DNA of 26,454 nucleotides from Acidobacteriota bacterium. Its GTDB lineage: Bacteria; Acidobacteriota; UBA6911; RPQK01; JADFOI01. Made by a program: the position numbers and the translations under genes. Below, piece after piece: positions 14,789-24,094 of the stretch; the first letter of the stretch is position 1; every line of letters starts with the position of its first letter. The stretch is from the NCBI GenBank assembly GCA_036446935.1, contig JAZFTY010000446.1:1-26454 (forward strand). The letters run 5' to 3'. The notes below the pieces were generated by a model. The model searched no databases, was not told the origin of the DNA, and saw only the letters and a list, made by a program, of their open reading frames with translations.

Positions 14789-14813
14789 CCCGGATTATGC
14801 ATACTCCGGGTAG
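14785..14813. repeat. Near-perfect palindrome made of two fused element-B-type ends
   Basis: CTAA-CCCGGATTATGCATACTCCGGG-TAG, directly after the receiver stop; a 24-bp palindrome (14788-14811) with one mismatch. Confidence 0.6.
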
Positions 14814-14834
14814 CGCTCAGACAAAAACAGGATA

Positions 14835-17800
14835 GTGACAGAATTCCTTGGTCAGATCATTCCCTTTTTGGGTGGGGCGATCGGTGCCTTAATCCTTCTC
14901 GTCCTGAGTCGTGAAACGGTTCGGTCCCTCAAAAGGCTCCATTGGCGTATAAAGCGGGGGCAATGCCTATCCCTGATTGGGCAGCTGAACGATCTCACGG
15001 TGGACCAATTGTTGCCCCTTGCCGTGGAACTCAAAAAATCCTTTTCACTTCCCCTCGTTGAAAGCGTGTTGGATCAATTCAGATCCCAAGAGCTGAACAC
15101 TCCCGTGCGGCAAAAACTTGCTGCAGTCTACGATCATGTGGGTCTCGTTGAGCATCACCTCAAGACCCTTCACAAAGCCAAGACCTGGCTTGATCGTGCT
15201 AATGCTGCAGAAAAACTGGGCCAAATAGGCCACGTCAAGGCGGTAGTGCCACTCATCCACCTGTTAGAAGATGACAGTGAGGAACGCGAGGTAAAGAGTG
15301 TCGCAACCCAGGCCTTGGGCAAAATCCGCGACGAACGGGCTATTGATCCTCTTATTGAAGTCTTGGGTCTCCCCGGTTCTGCTACGGGCCAACCTGTGGC
15401 CGATGTGCTGGCCCAGTTTGGAGACGCCGTCTTGGAACCTCTGATGAAGGTTCTCTCCACCTCCACCCAGGAGGCCCGACGCTTCTGGGCGGCCCGAATT
15501 TTAGGGGAGTTGCAGACGCACCGGGCCACCCCAACATTACTGAACGCGTTGAGTGATCACTCAACCAAGGTACGCGCGGAAGCGGCCCTGGCTCTGGGGC
15601 GCCTGGGTACGCGCGAGGGAGTATCCCCACTGAGTAGGATGTTGCTAGAAGACCCGGTTCCGCTGGCCAGGGACGCAGCCGCTCAGGCCCTGGGGAAGAT
15701 TGCTGATGATCGGGCTTTGACGGCTCTAAGAGAGGCACTGGCCGATCTCGATCACGATGCCCGGCGGAGTGCAATGCTGGCCTTGGAAAAGATGGGCGAA
15801 ACGGCGACCCCTTTTTTTATTGAGGCACTCCGAGGAGAATCGAAGGAAGCGGCAATCCAGGCGGCGAGCGCCCTGGAGCGTATAGGGATGGTGACGGTCT
15901 GGATAGAGGACCTGGCGGGAGAAAACTCTGAGACTGCCTTTGAGCTGCTCACCTGCATCGCCAAAAATGGTGTTGTGGAGACCTTGGCCCGTTCTCTTAC
16001 CCACCCCCAATTACAGGTACGACTCAGCCTCTGCAACATCTTGTCAGAAGGGAAAAGTTCACGCAGTTTTGAGGCCCTAGCGGAACTCGCCCAAAAGGAT
16101 ACCGAATGGGCGGAGCGCGTGGAGGCCCTTCTGGCCCTCATAAAATTGGCGGATGCTCGATCAGTACCGCTGCTGAGAGATGCCCTCGATGAAAAACAAG
16201 AGACCGTCTCGGAACTCCTGTTACTGGCCTTGCAAGAGTCACCCCGTTCGCTGTTGGAACCGCTAGCAGATACGGTGAGTGTTCTCCTCCAGGACGCGAA
16301 TCTCAACATCCGCGTCCAGGCGATCAGGGTGCTGGCGAAAATACACAGCGAAAGCCTGTTTTCGGTCCTGCTCTCTGCCTTTTCCGATGCCTCTCCGGAA
16401 GTTCGCCAGGAGGCGGCTCTAGCGCTAAAACATTATGCCAACAAGGAAGGGGTTCGGGCACTAACAGGGGCGCTTCAAGACCCCGACCGGGGGGTGCGGG
16501 CCGCTGCCGTGGAGAGTCTCACTCAACTGAAGGATCCAAAGTCCATCCGTCCTCTGGTCCATGCCTTTGAAGGGGCCGATGACGGTTATCGAGACCAGAT
16601 CGCCTCTGCCCTAGCCGCCATGCCCAAACAAGAGTTTCAACAATTGACCGATCTTCTCATGGGGCTCTCACACCCGAAGGCACGGGCTGGGATCACCTTG
16701 ACGTTGGGTTTGATCGGGGATCAGGCGGCGATGCAACTCTTGACCACTTTTTTGAAGGATCCCGAACCGATTGTCCGTGCTTCGGCTGCCAGTGCCCTGG
16801 GACGTTTCGGGAAGGAGGGGATGACTTCGGCCCTGGCGGACTGCCTCTCCGATCCGAAGCGAAGGGTTCGAGCGGCGGTGGTTGATGCACTGGGCAAGAG
16901 TGGGGACGCTGCAATCATCGAGGATCTGTTGCCTCTCCTGGAAAGCGAACCGGACGCTCTTGTCTGTCAACGTGTGGCACTGGCAGTGGGGGCTTTGGTT
17001 GCAGATCAGGGACCAGAAGCGAGAGAGCAGGACCTGGAAAGTAGAAACCTAACGCCCAAGGCCACCGCCGCGGTAACAAAATGGTTCAAGAAGAAAAGAG
17101 GTGTAAAGAATCAAGCGGCGGGATGGGTTGCGCTTGCCCTCTTGGAAGAGGAATCTTACTTTCCGGAGATTTTGAAGGCGAGCCAGGATGCCCCGCTGCG
17201 TGCTGCCATGCAGGAATGTTTGAAGCAGCTCTCCAGCGCCGTGCAGGATCATTTCTTTACCTTTCTCTCTCTGGATTCACGTCTCTTTTGGCGTGATGAC
17301 GTTGAAAAGAGCGTTGAGCATTACACTCGCCTTTTGCAAGCAAGCCGTGAGACACGCGACCGTGTGCATGCCGTAGAGGCTTTAAGCACGTTGGCGGGAA
17401 AAACGGCTATTCCTGTAATCGAGTCCGCCTGTGCCACCGATCCCAGCCCCCGGGTCCGGGCTGCTGCCTTATCTACCCTGGGCCGGCTTCTGGAGGGGGA
17501 ACCGTTAGTTGCCAGAATTACTCAGGCCGCACAGGATCCATCCGATAGGGTTCGCTCTCAGGTTATACCCACGCTAGACCGTTTGAGCCCCAAAGAACTG
17601 GAAGGGGCGCGGAAGCAGTTGATCCCATTGCTGGATAGCTCCCAAGAGGAGATTCGCAGGCCAGTTGCCGATCTGCTTGCCCGTCTTTACTATCATGATT
17701 GGCAGCTCCTGGCGGATCAATTATTGGGGGCGGAGAAAGAACCCCGCATCCTCGGCCTGATTGAAACGTTGGGAAAGATCAGTCATTCCCAGATATCACC

Positions 17801-18533
17801 TCTCCTCGTTCAATTCATGAAACATAGTGATGCCGAGGTGCGAGGGGCCAGTGCCCAGGCCGCGGCCCAATCGGGAGCGTTGGCAAAACAGGAATGGATT
17901 CCCTGTCTGGATGACTCCCAGGAGGCCGTCCGCCTGGCAGCCATTCAGGGCTTGGGAAAACAGTTGGACGGTGAGGTGTTGGAGATCTTCTCCCAGCACC
18001 TGCAAGACCCTTCCCCCCAAGTCCGTGGCCAGATAGCTACTCTCCTGGGAAAAAAGAAGCTTACCGGCAACGAGCAGCCAACAAAACTCCTGGAGCGTTT
18101 AAGCCACGATGTGAATCTTGGAGTCGGCATAATCAGTCTGGTATCCCTCCATCGCCTGGGGGTAAGGGGCCTCGCCCAGGAGATAGCGGCAAGTATGCTG
18201 AACCTTGAAGGGCAGGAGCGCTCAGCCCTTTTGGAGCACTTGCAAAAAGAAGGGGTATTTGTGGAATTGCTGGGCTCGGTCCAACGCGACCGTGATCCCG
18301 AAGCTCGCAAAGAGGCCCTTCAGTTTTTATCCGTGCTGGATCTTTCTCAATTTACGGGAGAAATTGCCAAAGCCTTGTCCGACCCTTCCAGCCAAGTGAG
18401 GGTTGCTGCCATCGAAGCCCTTGGTCAGGTCAGTGATCCTCTTCTTGAAAAGCAAATAGAGGCCCTGAGTCAAGATCCTGTTAAGGAAGTGAGATCTGCC
18501 GTCAAACACCGGAAGCTCCGTAGGGTGCAATAG
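14835..18533 (+). CDS. Large HEAT-repeat (PBS-lyase-like) protein with an N-terminal membrane anchor
   Basis: Hydrophobic [17 protein letters not shown] followed by basic residues, then more than 20 repeats of the L-x-D-x-x-x-x-VR-x-x-A-x-x-ALG type along 1232 aa. Confidence 0.9.
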   Translation: MTEFLGQIIPFLGGAIGALILLVLSRETVRSLKRLHWRIKRGQCLSLIGQLNDLTVDQLLPLAVELKKSFSLPLVESVLDQFRSQELNTPVRQKLAAVYDHVGLVEHHLKTLHKAKTWLDRANAAEKLGQIGHVKAVVPLIHLLEDDSEEREVKSVATQALGKIRDERAIDPLIEVLGLPGSATGQPVADVLAQFGDAVLEPLMKVLSTSTQEARRFWAARILGELQTHRATPTLLNALSDHSTKVRAEAALALGRLGTREGVSPLSRMLLEDPVPLARDAAAQALGKIADDRALTALREALADLDHDARRSAMLALEKMGETATPFFIEALRGESKEAAIQAASALERIGMVTVWIEDLAGENSETAFELLTCIAKNGVVETLARSLTHPQLQVRLSLCNILSEGKSSRSFEALAELAQKDTEWAERVEALLALIKLADARSVPLLRDALDEKQETVSELLLLALQESPRSLLEPLADTVSVLLQDANLNIRVQAIRVLAKIHSESLFSVLLSAFSDASPEVRQEAALALKHYANKEGVRALTGALQDPDRGVRAAAVESLTQLKDPKSIRPLVHAFEGADDGYRDQIASALAAMPKQEFQQLTDLLMGLSHPKARAGITLTLGLIGDQAAMQLLTTFLKDPEPIVRASAASALGRFGKEGMTSALADCLSDPKRRVRAAVVDALGKSGDAAIIEDLLPLLESEPDALVCQRVALAVGALVADQGPEAREQDLESRNLTPKATAAVTKWFKKKRGVKNQAAGWVALALLEEESYFPEILKASQDAPLRAAMQECLKQLSSAVQDHFFTFLSLDSRLFWRDDVEKSVEHYTRLLQASRETRDRVHAVEALSTLAGKTAIPVIESACATDPSPRVRAAALSTLGRLLEGEPLVARITQAAQDPSDRVRSQVIPTLDRLSPKELEGARKQLIPLLDSSQEEIRRPVADLLARLYYHDWQLLADQLLGAEKEPRILGLIETLGKISHSQISPLLVQFMKHSDAEVRGASAQAAAQSGALAKQEWIPCLDDSQEAVRLAAIQGLGKQLDGEVLEIFSQHLQDPSPQVRGQIATLLGKKKLTGNEQPTKLLERLSHDVNLGVGIISLVSLHRLGVRGLAQEIAASMLNLEGQERSALLEHLQKEGVFVELLGSVQRDRDPEARKEALQFLSVLDLSQFTGEIAKALSDPSSQVRVAAIEALGQVSDPLLEKQIEALSQDPVKEVRSAVKHRKLRRVQ

Positions 18534-18568
18534 ATCCTCGAATTTGCCGGCGTGTAGGACACCGAATC

Positions 18569-20053
18569 ATGATATTCATCCATATCTGGGAAACCACAGC
18601 GATTCTCTTTTTCGTCACCTATAACTCGATCAATTTCTTCCTCATCACGGTGGCATGGATCAAGATACGCTTTTTTCTGCAGCTCAAATCCATCTTAAGT
18701 TTTAACGATGTTTACCGGTCACTCTCGACACCGAAAATTTCTCTTTTAGTCCCTGCCTTCAATGAACAATATACGATCGTGGAGAGTATCCGCGCTCTGG
18801 TTGCACTTCGGTATCCCTCTTTTGAGATCGTGATCGTCAATGATGGCTCAACCGACAAGACGGTAGAAGTGTTGACGGATGCCTTCGGTTTCGTGCGCCG
18901 AGACATCGGCTATCATGAAACCCTCGCCACAGCTCGCATCCGGGGTTTTTATGAAGCGAAGAGCCCGGAAGGGACCCCCATCCAACGACTCATTCTCATA
19001 GATAAGGAAAACGGAGGGAAGGCGGACTCCCTGAATGCTGCCCTGAATGCGGCCCTCTCCCGCTATGTCTGTTGTATGGATGCCGACTCGATTATCGATC
19101 CGGAGGCTCTTCTGCAAGTCATGCAGCCGATCGTAGAAGACCCTGAGGGCATCGTCGCCTGCGGAGGACAAATCGGGATCGCCAATGGCTGCAAGATTCA
19201 GAATGGACAAGTGGTCAAGGCCGCGCTCCCTCGGAACTGGCTGGCGATGTTTCAGGTAGTGGAATATATGCGATCCTTTACCGCCAGTCGGACAGGATTG
19301 GCTGCGCTGAACTCGCTGGTGATCCTCTCCGGTGTGTTTGCCGTCTTTCGGCGGGATCTGGTGTTAGATGTCGGGGGGTTCTTAAGCGGTCGGTCCAACC
19401 GTAAGATTGCCCTCGAATACTGTGGCAACAGAGAGACCGTCTGTGAGGATATGGAGATCATTGTCCGTCTCCAGCGTTATTTGATTGAAAAGAAGATCCC
19501 GGGCCGCATCATCTTTCTCCCCTATCCAACAGCCTGGTCGCAAGCCCCGGAAAAGATTAGTCATTTCGGCAAACAGCGCAGTCGTTGGTATCGGGGACTA
19601 GCCCAGGTGCTCTTTTATCACAGGAAGATGCTCTTCAATCCGCGCTATAAGCAGATTGGTCTCTTTGCCCTTCCCTACCAGTTCGTCTACGAGTTCTTAG
19701 GCCCGCTTGTGGAAATGGCTGGATATATCAGCTTGCCAGTTCTCTATTTTCTGGGTTTGCTCGGAACCGATGTCCTGCTTCTCTTTCTTACAGTCTCGAT
19801 CCTCTATGGGATGTTCCTCTCCGTTTATGCTGTCTTGCTGGGGTTTTGGACCGAAGGACGCCTGGCAGAAGAAAAGAAGGTTACGATGTTGTATCAATAT
19901 CGCGGGGTGTGGACTGTTGCAAAACTCATCGTTTTTGCGATGCTCTCTATGTTGGGCTACCGACAGCTCCAACTCGCCTATCAGATCAAAGGATTTGTTG
20001 ACTTCCTCAGAGGGAGTCAAGCATGGGGGGAGTTTCAACGTGAACGATTCTAG
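18569..20053 (+). CDS. Processive family-2 glycosyltransferase (PgaC/IcaA-like polysaccharide synthase)
   Basis: N-terminal TM; [28 protein letters not shown] (DxD), CEDME (catalytic base), KQRSRW (QxxRW); C-terminal TM helices. Confidence 0.92.
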   Translation: MIFIHIWETTAILFFVTYNSINFFLITVAWIKIRFFLQLKSILSFNDVYRSLSTPKISLLVPAFNEQYTIVESIRALVALRYPSFEIVIVNDGSTDKTVEVLTDAFGFVRRDIGYHETLATARIRGFYEAKSPEGTPIQRLILIDKENGGKADSLNAALNAALSRYVCCMDADSIIDPEALLQVMQPIVEDPEGIVACGGQIGIANGCKIQNGQVVKAALPRNWLAMFQVVEYMRSFTASRTGLAALNSLVILSGVFAVFRRDLVLDVGGFLSGRSNRKIALEYCGNRETVCEDMEIIVRLQRYLIEKKIPGRIIFLPYPTAWSQAPEKISHFGKQRSRWYRGLAQVLFYHRKMLFNPRYKQIGLFALPYQFVYEFLGPLVEMAGYISLPVLYFLGLLGTDVLLLFLTVSILYGMFLSVYAVLLGFWTEGRLAEEKKVTMLYQYRGVWTVAKLIVFAMLSMLGYRQLQLAYQIKGFVDFLRGSQAWGEFQRERF

Positions 20054-20067
20054 CCCGGATGATGCAT
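20050..20067 (+). repeat. Isolated element-B-type end at the GT2 stop codon
   Basis: CTAGCCCGGATGATGCAT; the 16-mer TCTAGCCCGGATGATG (20049-20064) is identical to 12685-12700. Confidence 0.6.
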
Positions 20068-20069
20068 CG

Positions 20070-20213
20070 ATGATCGGCAAAGGGCTGTTGGGATTATGGA
20101 ATCATGCAATCATGGCGGCGATCATAGCAGTGGTCGGTCTGCTCAGTGTGCTGACCGCCCTCAGAAAGATGAGGCGGCATATAGGACAGAATGCCGGAGG
20201 GTGCGACACTTGA
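20070..20213 (+). CDS. Putative small single-pass membrane protein (47 aa), not called in the ORF track
   Basis: MIGKGLLGLWNHAIMAAIIAVVGLLSVLTALRKMRRHIGQNAGGCDT*. One clear TM helix followed by RKMRR. Fills the GT2-to-hydrolase gap, and its TGA overlaps the next TTG start. Alternative start at ATG 20112. Confidence 0.5.
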   Translation: MIGKGLLGLWNHAIMAAIIAVVGLLSVLTALRKMRRHIGQNAGGCDT

Positions 20214-22105
20214 AGTGGATTATCTGGCTTCTGACAAATGTTTTCTGTTTACTGAGTTCATCCCTCTACTCACAATCGTTATCCAACATCTTCCCTTCCC
20301 AGGAGATTTCACTAGCCGACTGGGGACTCACTGATCCCTCAGAAATCGAGTATATCTCGGTGGGAATTCTGCATAAAAGGGAGGGAGATGACCTGCGTCT
20401 CTACGACATTCGCAAACGAAGACCCGTGGTGAAGGAGCCCACTGGACCGCGAGGGCGGACCCCTTTATTTGAAGGAAACCTTTTTCTGGTCAGTCACTTT
20501 TCGGAGGGAAACACCAACCGGTTGGGCGGTTATTTCAACGGTTTTGCCAAATCTCCATCCCAGTCGGAAGTGACTATCGGCAAGGCCCCAGAGGGTAAGC
20601 CGTCCCTGATTTTTTCCTATAGGAAAGTGCTTCCCAGCTTCGCTGGTTTCTGGATCCATCTGTTTGACTTCAAAAAACACCCTGCCACCCGGGTTTTCTT
20701 CGATGCCAGCCCCTTTACCTACCTGACTTTTTCCATTCGTGGGGAACGAGGAGGTGAAGAGTTACAGCTGCAAATAGCCGATCGAGCATGGGAAACACAA
20801 GAAGATTCCCTTGTTGTAGGAGATGTGGCTTCTTTTCTTCCTGATGGGAAGGTGAAAAAGAAGTGGCAGCAAGGATGGATTGCTCTCAAAGAATTGCCAG
20901 CCGGTCTGAACAAGAAGGAATTGGCAAGCCTCGTCTTCCTGGTCAAAAGAAACGGTCAAGGGCGGGTTTTTGTCAGAGACCTTGCCTTCACAACGAAAAG
21001 GGATGTCCAGATTCCCCAACCCAAAGAGGAAAGAATTCCCGCGCGTCCCTTAAACAAAGCGATGTGGCTCTGGGAGACGGACAAGATTGTGACCAACCCG
21101 GACGAGCAGCAGCGACTCCTCACTTTCTGCAAAGAAGAAGGGATCACGGATCTCTTTTTGCAAATACCGTACAAGGCGAAGGAAGAGAAGGGACGGTGGG
21201 AAATCCTTTGGAACCCATTACTCATTCGCCCCCTCATTTCCCAGTTGCATCAGGTAGGCGTCAAGATTCACGCCCTCGATGGCGACCCACGATTTGCCCT
21301 GCGAGAGTGGCATGGACGGGTCATCGCAACCCTTGCAAGCATCATCCAATATAATCGAGAAAGCCCCCCTCAAGAACGCTTCGACGGGATTCGCTTCGAC
21401 ATTGAGCCCTACCTTTTGCCAAGTTTTGGTGGTGTCCAAAAGGAAGCTATCTTGAAGCAGTATCTTTCCCTATTGGTGGCTTCGCAGACCCTAGCCAGGC
21501 AAGCTAATCTGGCCTTTGGTGTCGACATCCCTTTTTGGTTTGATGCACGGAATGAGTTTTTTGAACCGACAGCGGAGGTGGGGGGGCGCCCCGTGAGCGA
21601 ATTAATTATCGATATCGTAGACAATGTGGGGATCATGGACTACCGGACGCAGGCCTACGGTGCCGATGGGGTGATCGCCCAGGGCACCCAAGAGCTCCTC
21701 TATGCAGCACAGCAAGGGAAAGAGGTTTTCCTGGGATTAGAAACGGTGGAACTGCCGGATGAGACGATCTTGGCTTTCGGCCCCGCATCCCAACGTGGTT
21801 CGCGGATTCTGATAGAGAGAATTGAGGGTAAAAAAGTTCGCCTCTATTGGATTCCAGACGGTCAATGGGAAAAGGTCCAAAGAGACCACCCGTTTTCTTC
21901 TCCGGTTGTGGTCCTGGGGCAAACCCAGGCCACTTTCGTACCCTCTGGCAAGTTGACTTTCTTCAATAAGGACTTGCAAGACCTGGAAAACGTGATCCAG
22001 CAGGCGGGATCGGCATTACGGCGATTTTCCAGTTTCTCTGGATTCACGATCCATTCCTATGAAAGCTATCGACCTTGGCTCGAGAGACACAGGGGGAAAG
22101 ATTGA
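20210..22105 (+). CDS. Secreted protein with a CBM-like beta-sandwich and a glycoside-hydrolase-like TIM barrel
   Basis: TTG 20210 is preceded by GGAGG (20196-20200) and gives a signal peptide (MKWIIWLLTNVFCLLSSSLYS-Q). CBM11/CIA30-like segment (AGFWIHL...LTFSIRG...LQIAD...VFVRDLAF); barrel motifs AMWLW, LFLQIP, HALDGDP, FDGIRFDIEPY, VDIPFWFD, IMDYR, LGLET, IHSY. Confidence 0.75.
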   Translation: MKWIIWLLTNVFCLLSSSLYSQSLSNIFPSQEISLADWGLTDPSEIEYISVGILHKREGDDLRLYDIRKRRPVVKEPTGPRGRTPLFEGNLFLVSHFSEGNTNRLGGYFNGFAKSPSQSEVTIGKAPEGKPSLIFSYRKVLPSFAGFWIHLFDFKKHPATRVFFDASPFTYLTFSIRGERGGEELQLQIADRAWETQEDSLVVGDVASFLPDGKVKKKWQQGWIALKELPAGLNKKELASLVFLVKRNGQGRVFVRDLAFTTKRDVQIPQPKEERIPARPLNKAMWLWETDKIVTNPDEQQRLLTFCKEEGITDLFLQIPYKAKEEKGRWEILWNPLLIRPLISQLHQVGVKIHALDGDPRFALREWHGRVIATLASIIQYNRESPPQERFDGIRFDIEPYLLPSFGGVQKEAILKQYLSLLVASQTLARQANLAFGVDIPFWFDARNEFFEPTAEVGGRPVSELIIDIVDNVGIMDYRTQAYGADGVIAQGTQELLYAAQQGKEVFLGLETVELPDETILAFGPASQRGSRILIERIEGKKVRLYWIPDGQWEKVQRDHPFSSPVVVLGQTQATFVPSGKLTFFNKDLQDLENVIQQAGSALRRFSSFSGFTIHSYESYRPWLERHRGKD

Positions 22106-22114
22106 AGAGGAGAT

Positions 22115-23869
22115 TTACTCTCGTATCGTCAGGCCGATACCGAAAGTGTTCTGACTGTTACCGTCGGAGCGCCCCTGGTAGCTGTAATGAAGGCCGACTG
22201 AGTAGGCCGGCGTCAGCTTGAAATCCACACCACCAAAATAGGTGTTGGCCACAAACTGCCCGATCCGATCGACCGACAGAGGGGAAAAACTCTCGCTGCC
22301 GTGTGCAAAGCCGACATTCACAAGCATCGGTTGGGTGATTTGCTGATAGTAATGAAGCATGAACGCTTCGTTACTGTCCACGACTCCAGAGGGTTGGAAC
22401 TTCGTCCAACTTTTGTAGAACACGGCTCGAACCCAAGCCGGCCTCTCGAAGTAGTACTCGAACAATGGGGCAAGGACATGAGCCTGATCCGCTTCAAAGC
22501 GCAGGTAACGGTAATCGGCTCCCACCGCCATGCCTCGCGGAAGGGCTCTGGAAAAACCCGCCGTGTAGTCTTGTGCTGCGAGCACCGTCGCTCCCGGGGC
22601 CAACATTGCATAGCCGCGCAGCCAGAAACGGTCCGCAAGTTGCCGACTGAAGCTCAACCCACCACGATTGATCTTCTCGTCAAACCCGTTCCATCGCTCG
22701 TAGTGTCCAGAGACCCGGCCGCGGTCGCCGACATACCCCACGCTCACGTACCCCTTGCTGGCAGGAGATGCGATTGAGGATCCTTCCTGTCCCCAGCCGA
22801 GCCGGACCTCCAGCGATCGAGGCAGGATGATTTGCGACTTCAGTTCTCTGGCTTCGCTGCTTTCCGGGGCAACCGTAAACACCCTCTCGATCTGCTCCAG
22901 GGCTTCTCTGTTGCGTCCCTGATACTGGTAGTATCTGGCCAGTGCCAGTAACACATCCGTGCGTTCAGGTGTCATTAGCTGGGCCTGTGAGAGAAACTCA
23001 TGAGCCGCCTGAAATTCCTGCTGCCACATCAGCACGTAGGCTTTTCCGACCAGAGCGTCAACGTTTCGCGGTTCACGGGCCAGGGCACGGTCGTAGAACC
23101 GCGTGGCCGTAGCATAGTCGTTCAGCCATGACGAGAGTCTGCCTATCCACAGCAGATAGTTGAGGCTCGCCGGATTCTGCTCCGAAAGTTGTATGTAGAG
23201 TTGGCGGGCCTCCCCAAAGTTCTTGGTGTCCACCGCCTCTCCCGCAGCCTTCTCTAGTTTCGCGGCCAAGGGCGATAGGGTGATTTGCGACTTCAGTTCT
23301 CTGCCATCGCTGTTTTCCGGATCAACGGTAAACAGCCTCTCGATCTGCTCCAGAGCTTCTGTGGTGCGTCCCTGATAATAGTAGTATCTGGCCAGTGCCA
23401 GCAGCAGATCCGTGCGTTCGGGTATCCTTAGCTGGGCCTGTGAGAGGAGCTCATGGGCCCCCTGAAACTCCTGCTGCCACATCAGCACATAAGCTTTTCC
23501 GACCAGAGCGTCAGCGTTTTGCGGTTCCCGGGCCAGGGCGCGGTCGTAGAACCGCGTGGCCGTGGGGTAATCGTTCAGCCAGGCCGAGAGTCTGCCTATC
23601 CACAGTAGATAGTTGAGGCTGGCCGGATTCTGCTCCGAAAGGTGTATGTAGAGTTCGCGGGCCTCCCAGAAGTTCTGGGTGTCCACGGCCTCTCGAGCAG
23701 CGCTCTCTAAATCCGCGGCCAGGAGCAATCCACCCAAAAACACGGCCAGAATACCACCAGACAACCATACTCTCGCCACCGCAGTCTTTCGAAAGCCTCC
23801 ATGACCTCGATGCAAACTTTCTCTCGTATCCTGCATTTCTGGGTGTGTGGAATGCACGGGATGTGCCAT
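22115..23869 (-). CDS. TPR-repeat protein with a C-terminal YaiO-like outer-membrane beta-barrel (PgaA/NfrA-like export protein)
   Basis: Signal-like VWLSGGILAVFLGGLLLAA, a duplicated TPR block, and alternating amphipathic strands ending NTFGIGLTIRE. Start reassigned to ATG 23869 (or 23836) because the extension to 24052 reads through an AT-rich promoter region. Confidence 0.8.
   Translation of the reverse strand: MAHPVHSTHPEMQDTRESLHRGHGGFRKTAVARVWLSGGILAVFLGGLLLAADLESAAREAVDTQNFWEARELYIHLSEQNPASLNYLLWIGRLSAWLNDYPTATRFYDRALAREPQNADALVGKAYVLMWQQEFQGAHELLSQAQLRIPERTDLLLALARYYYYQGRTTEALEQIERLFTVDPENSDGRELKSQITLSPLAAKLEKAAGEAVDTKNFGEARQLYIQLSEQNPASLNYLLWIGRLSSWLNDYATATRFYDRALAREPRNVDALVGKAYVLMWQQEFQAAHEFLSQAQLMTPERTDVLLALARYYQYQGRNREALEQIERVFTVAPESSEARELKSQIILPRSLEVRLGWGQEGSSIASPASKGYVSVGYVGDRGRVSGHYERWNGFDEKINRGGLSFSRQLADRFWLRGYAMLAPGATVLAAQDYTAGFSRALPRGMAVGADYRYLRFEADQAHVLAPLFEYYFERPAWVRAVFYKSWTKFQPSGVVDSNEAFMLHYYQQITQPMLVNVGFAHGSESFSPLSVDRIGQFVANTYFGGVDFKLTPAYSVGLHYSYQGRSDGNSQNTFGIGLTIRE
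22829..23720 (-). repeat. Intragenic tandem duplication, period 453 bp (151 codons)
   Basis: 22829-23267 aligns with 23282-23720 (for example GATTTGCGACTTCAGTTCTCTG at 22829 and 23282). About 24 amino-acid differences over about 145 residues by manual count. Confidence 0.9.
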
Positions 23870-23920
23870 TTTTAAGCCAGGCTGAACAGACCTGGAACTT
23901 ACACAGCATAAGTATCTATT

Positions 23921-23933
23921 AATCAATAGTTTA
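23921..23933 (+). promoter_or_regulatory. IHF-consensus site in an AT-rich patch upstream of the TPR-barrel gene
   Basis: AATCAA-TAGT-TTA matches WATCAA-N4-TTR. Confidence 0.3.
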
Positions 23934-24094
23934 TGTGATTTATTGAGGATGGATTTACGCACTAGAAACGACTCGAATGTTCTTCTCGATCCACCAAAGG
24001 TGTGAACTAAGGTTGACAAAGAGCTCTTGGGAAGCGCCAACGGCAAAGTCACGGGCAGGGTTACATATCAATATAGGAGTTTGCCTTCATGAGG

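Noticed and set aside
20096-20209. N-terminal extension of the GH-like ORF
   Set aside because: TTG 20210 has a good SD and yields a normal signal peptide; the interval is better explained by the small TM ORF in another frame.
24013-24041. Perfect TTGACA at 24013-24018
   Set aside because: No plausible -10 hexamer at 16-18 nt spacing.
23870-24052. N-terminal extension of the TPR-barrel ORF
   Set aside because: Reads through AT-rich regulatory DNA and places the signal peptide about 90 residues from the start.
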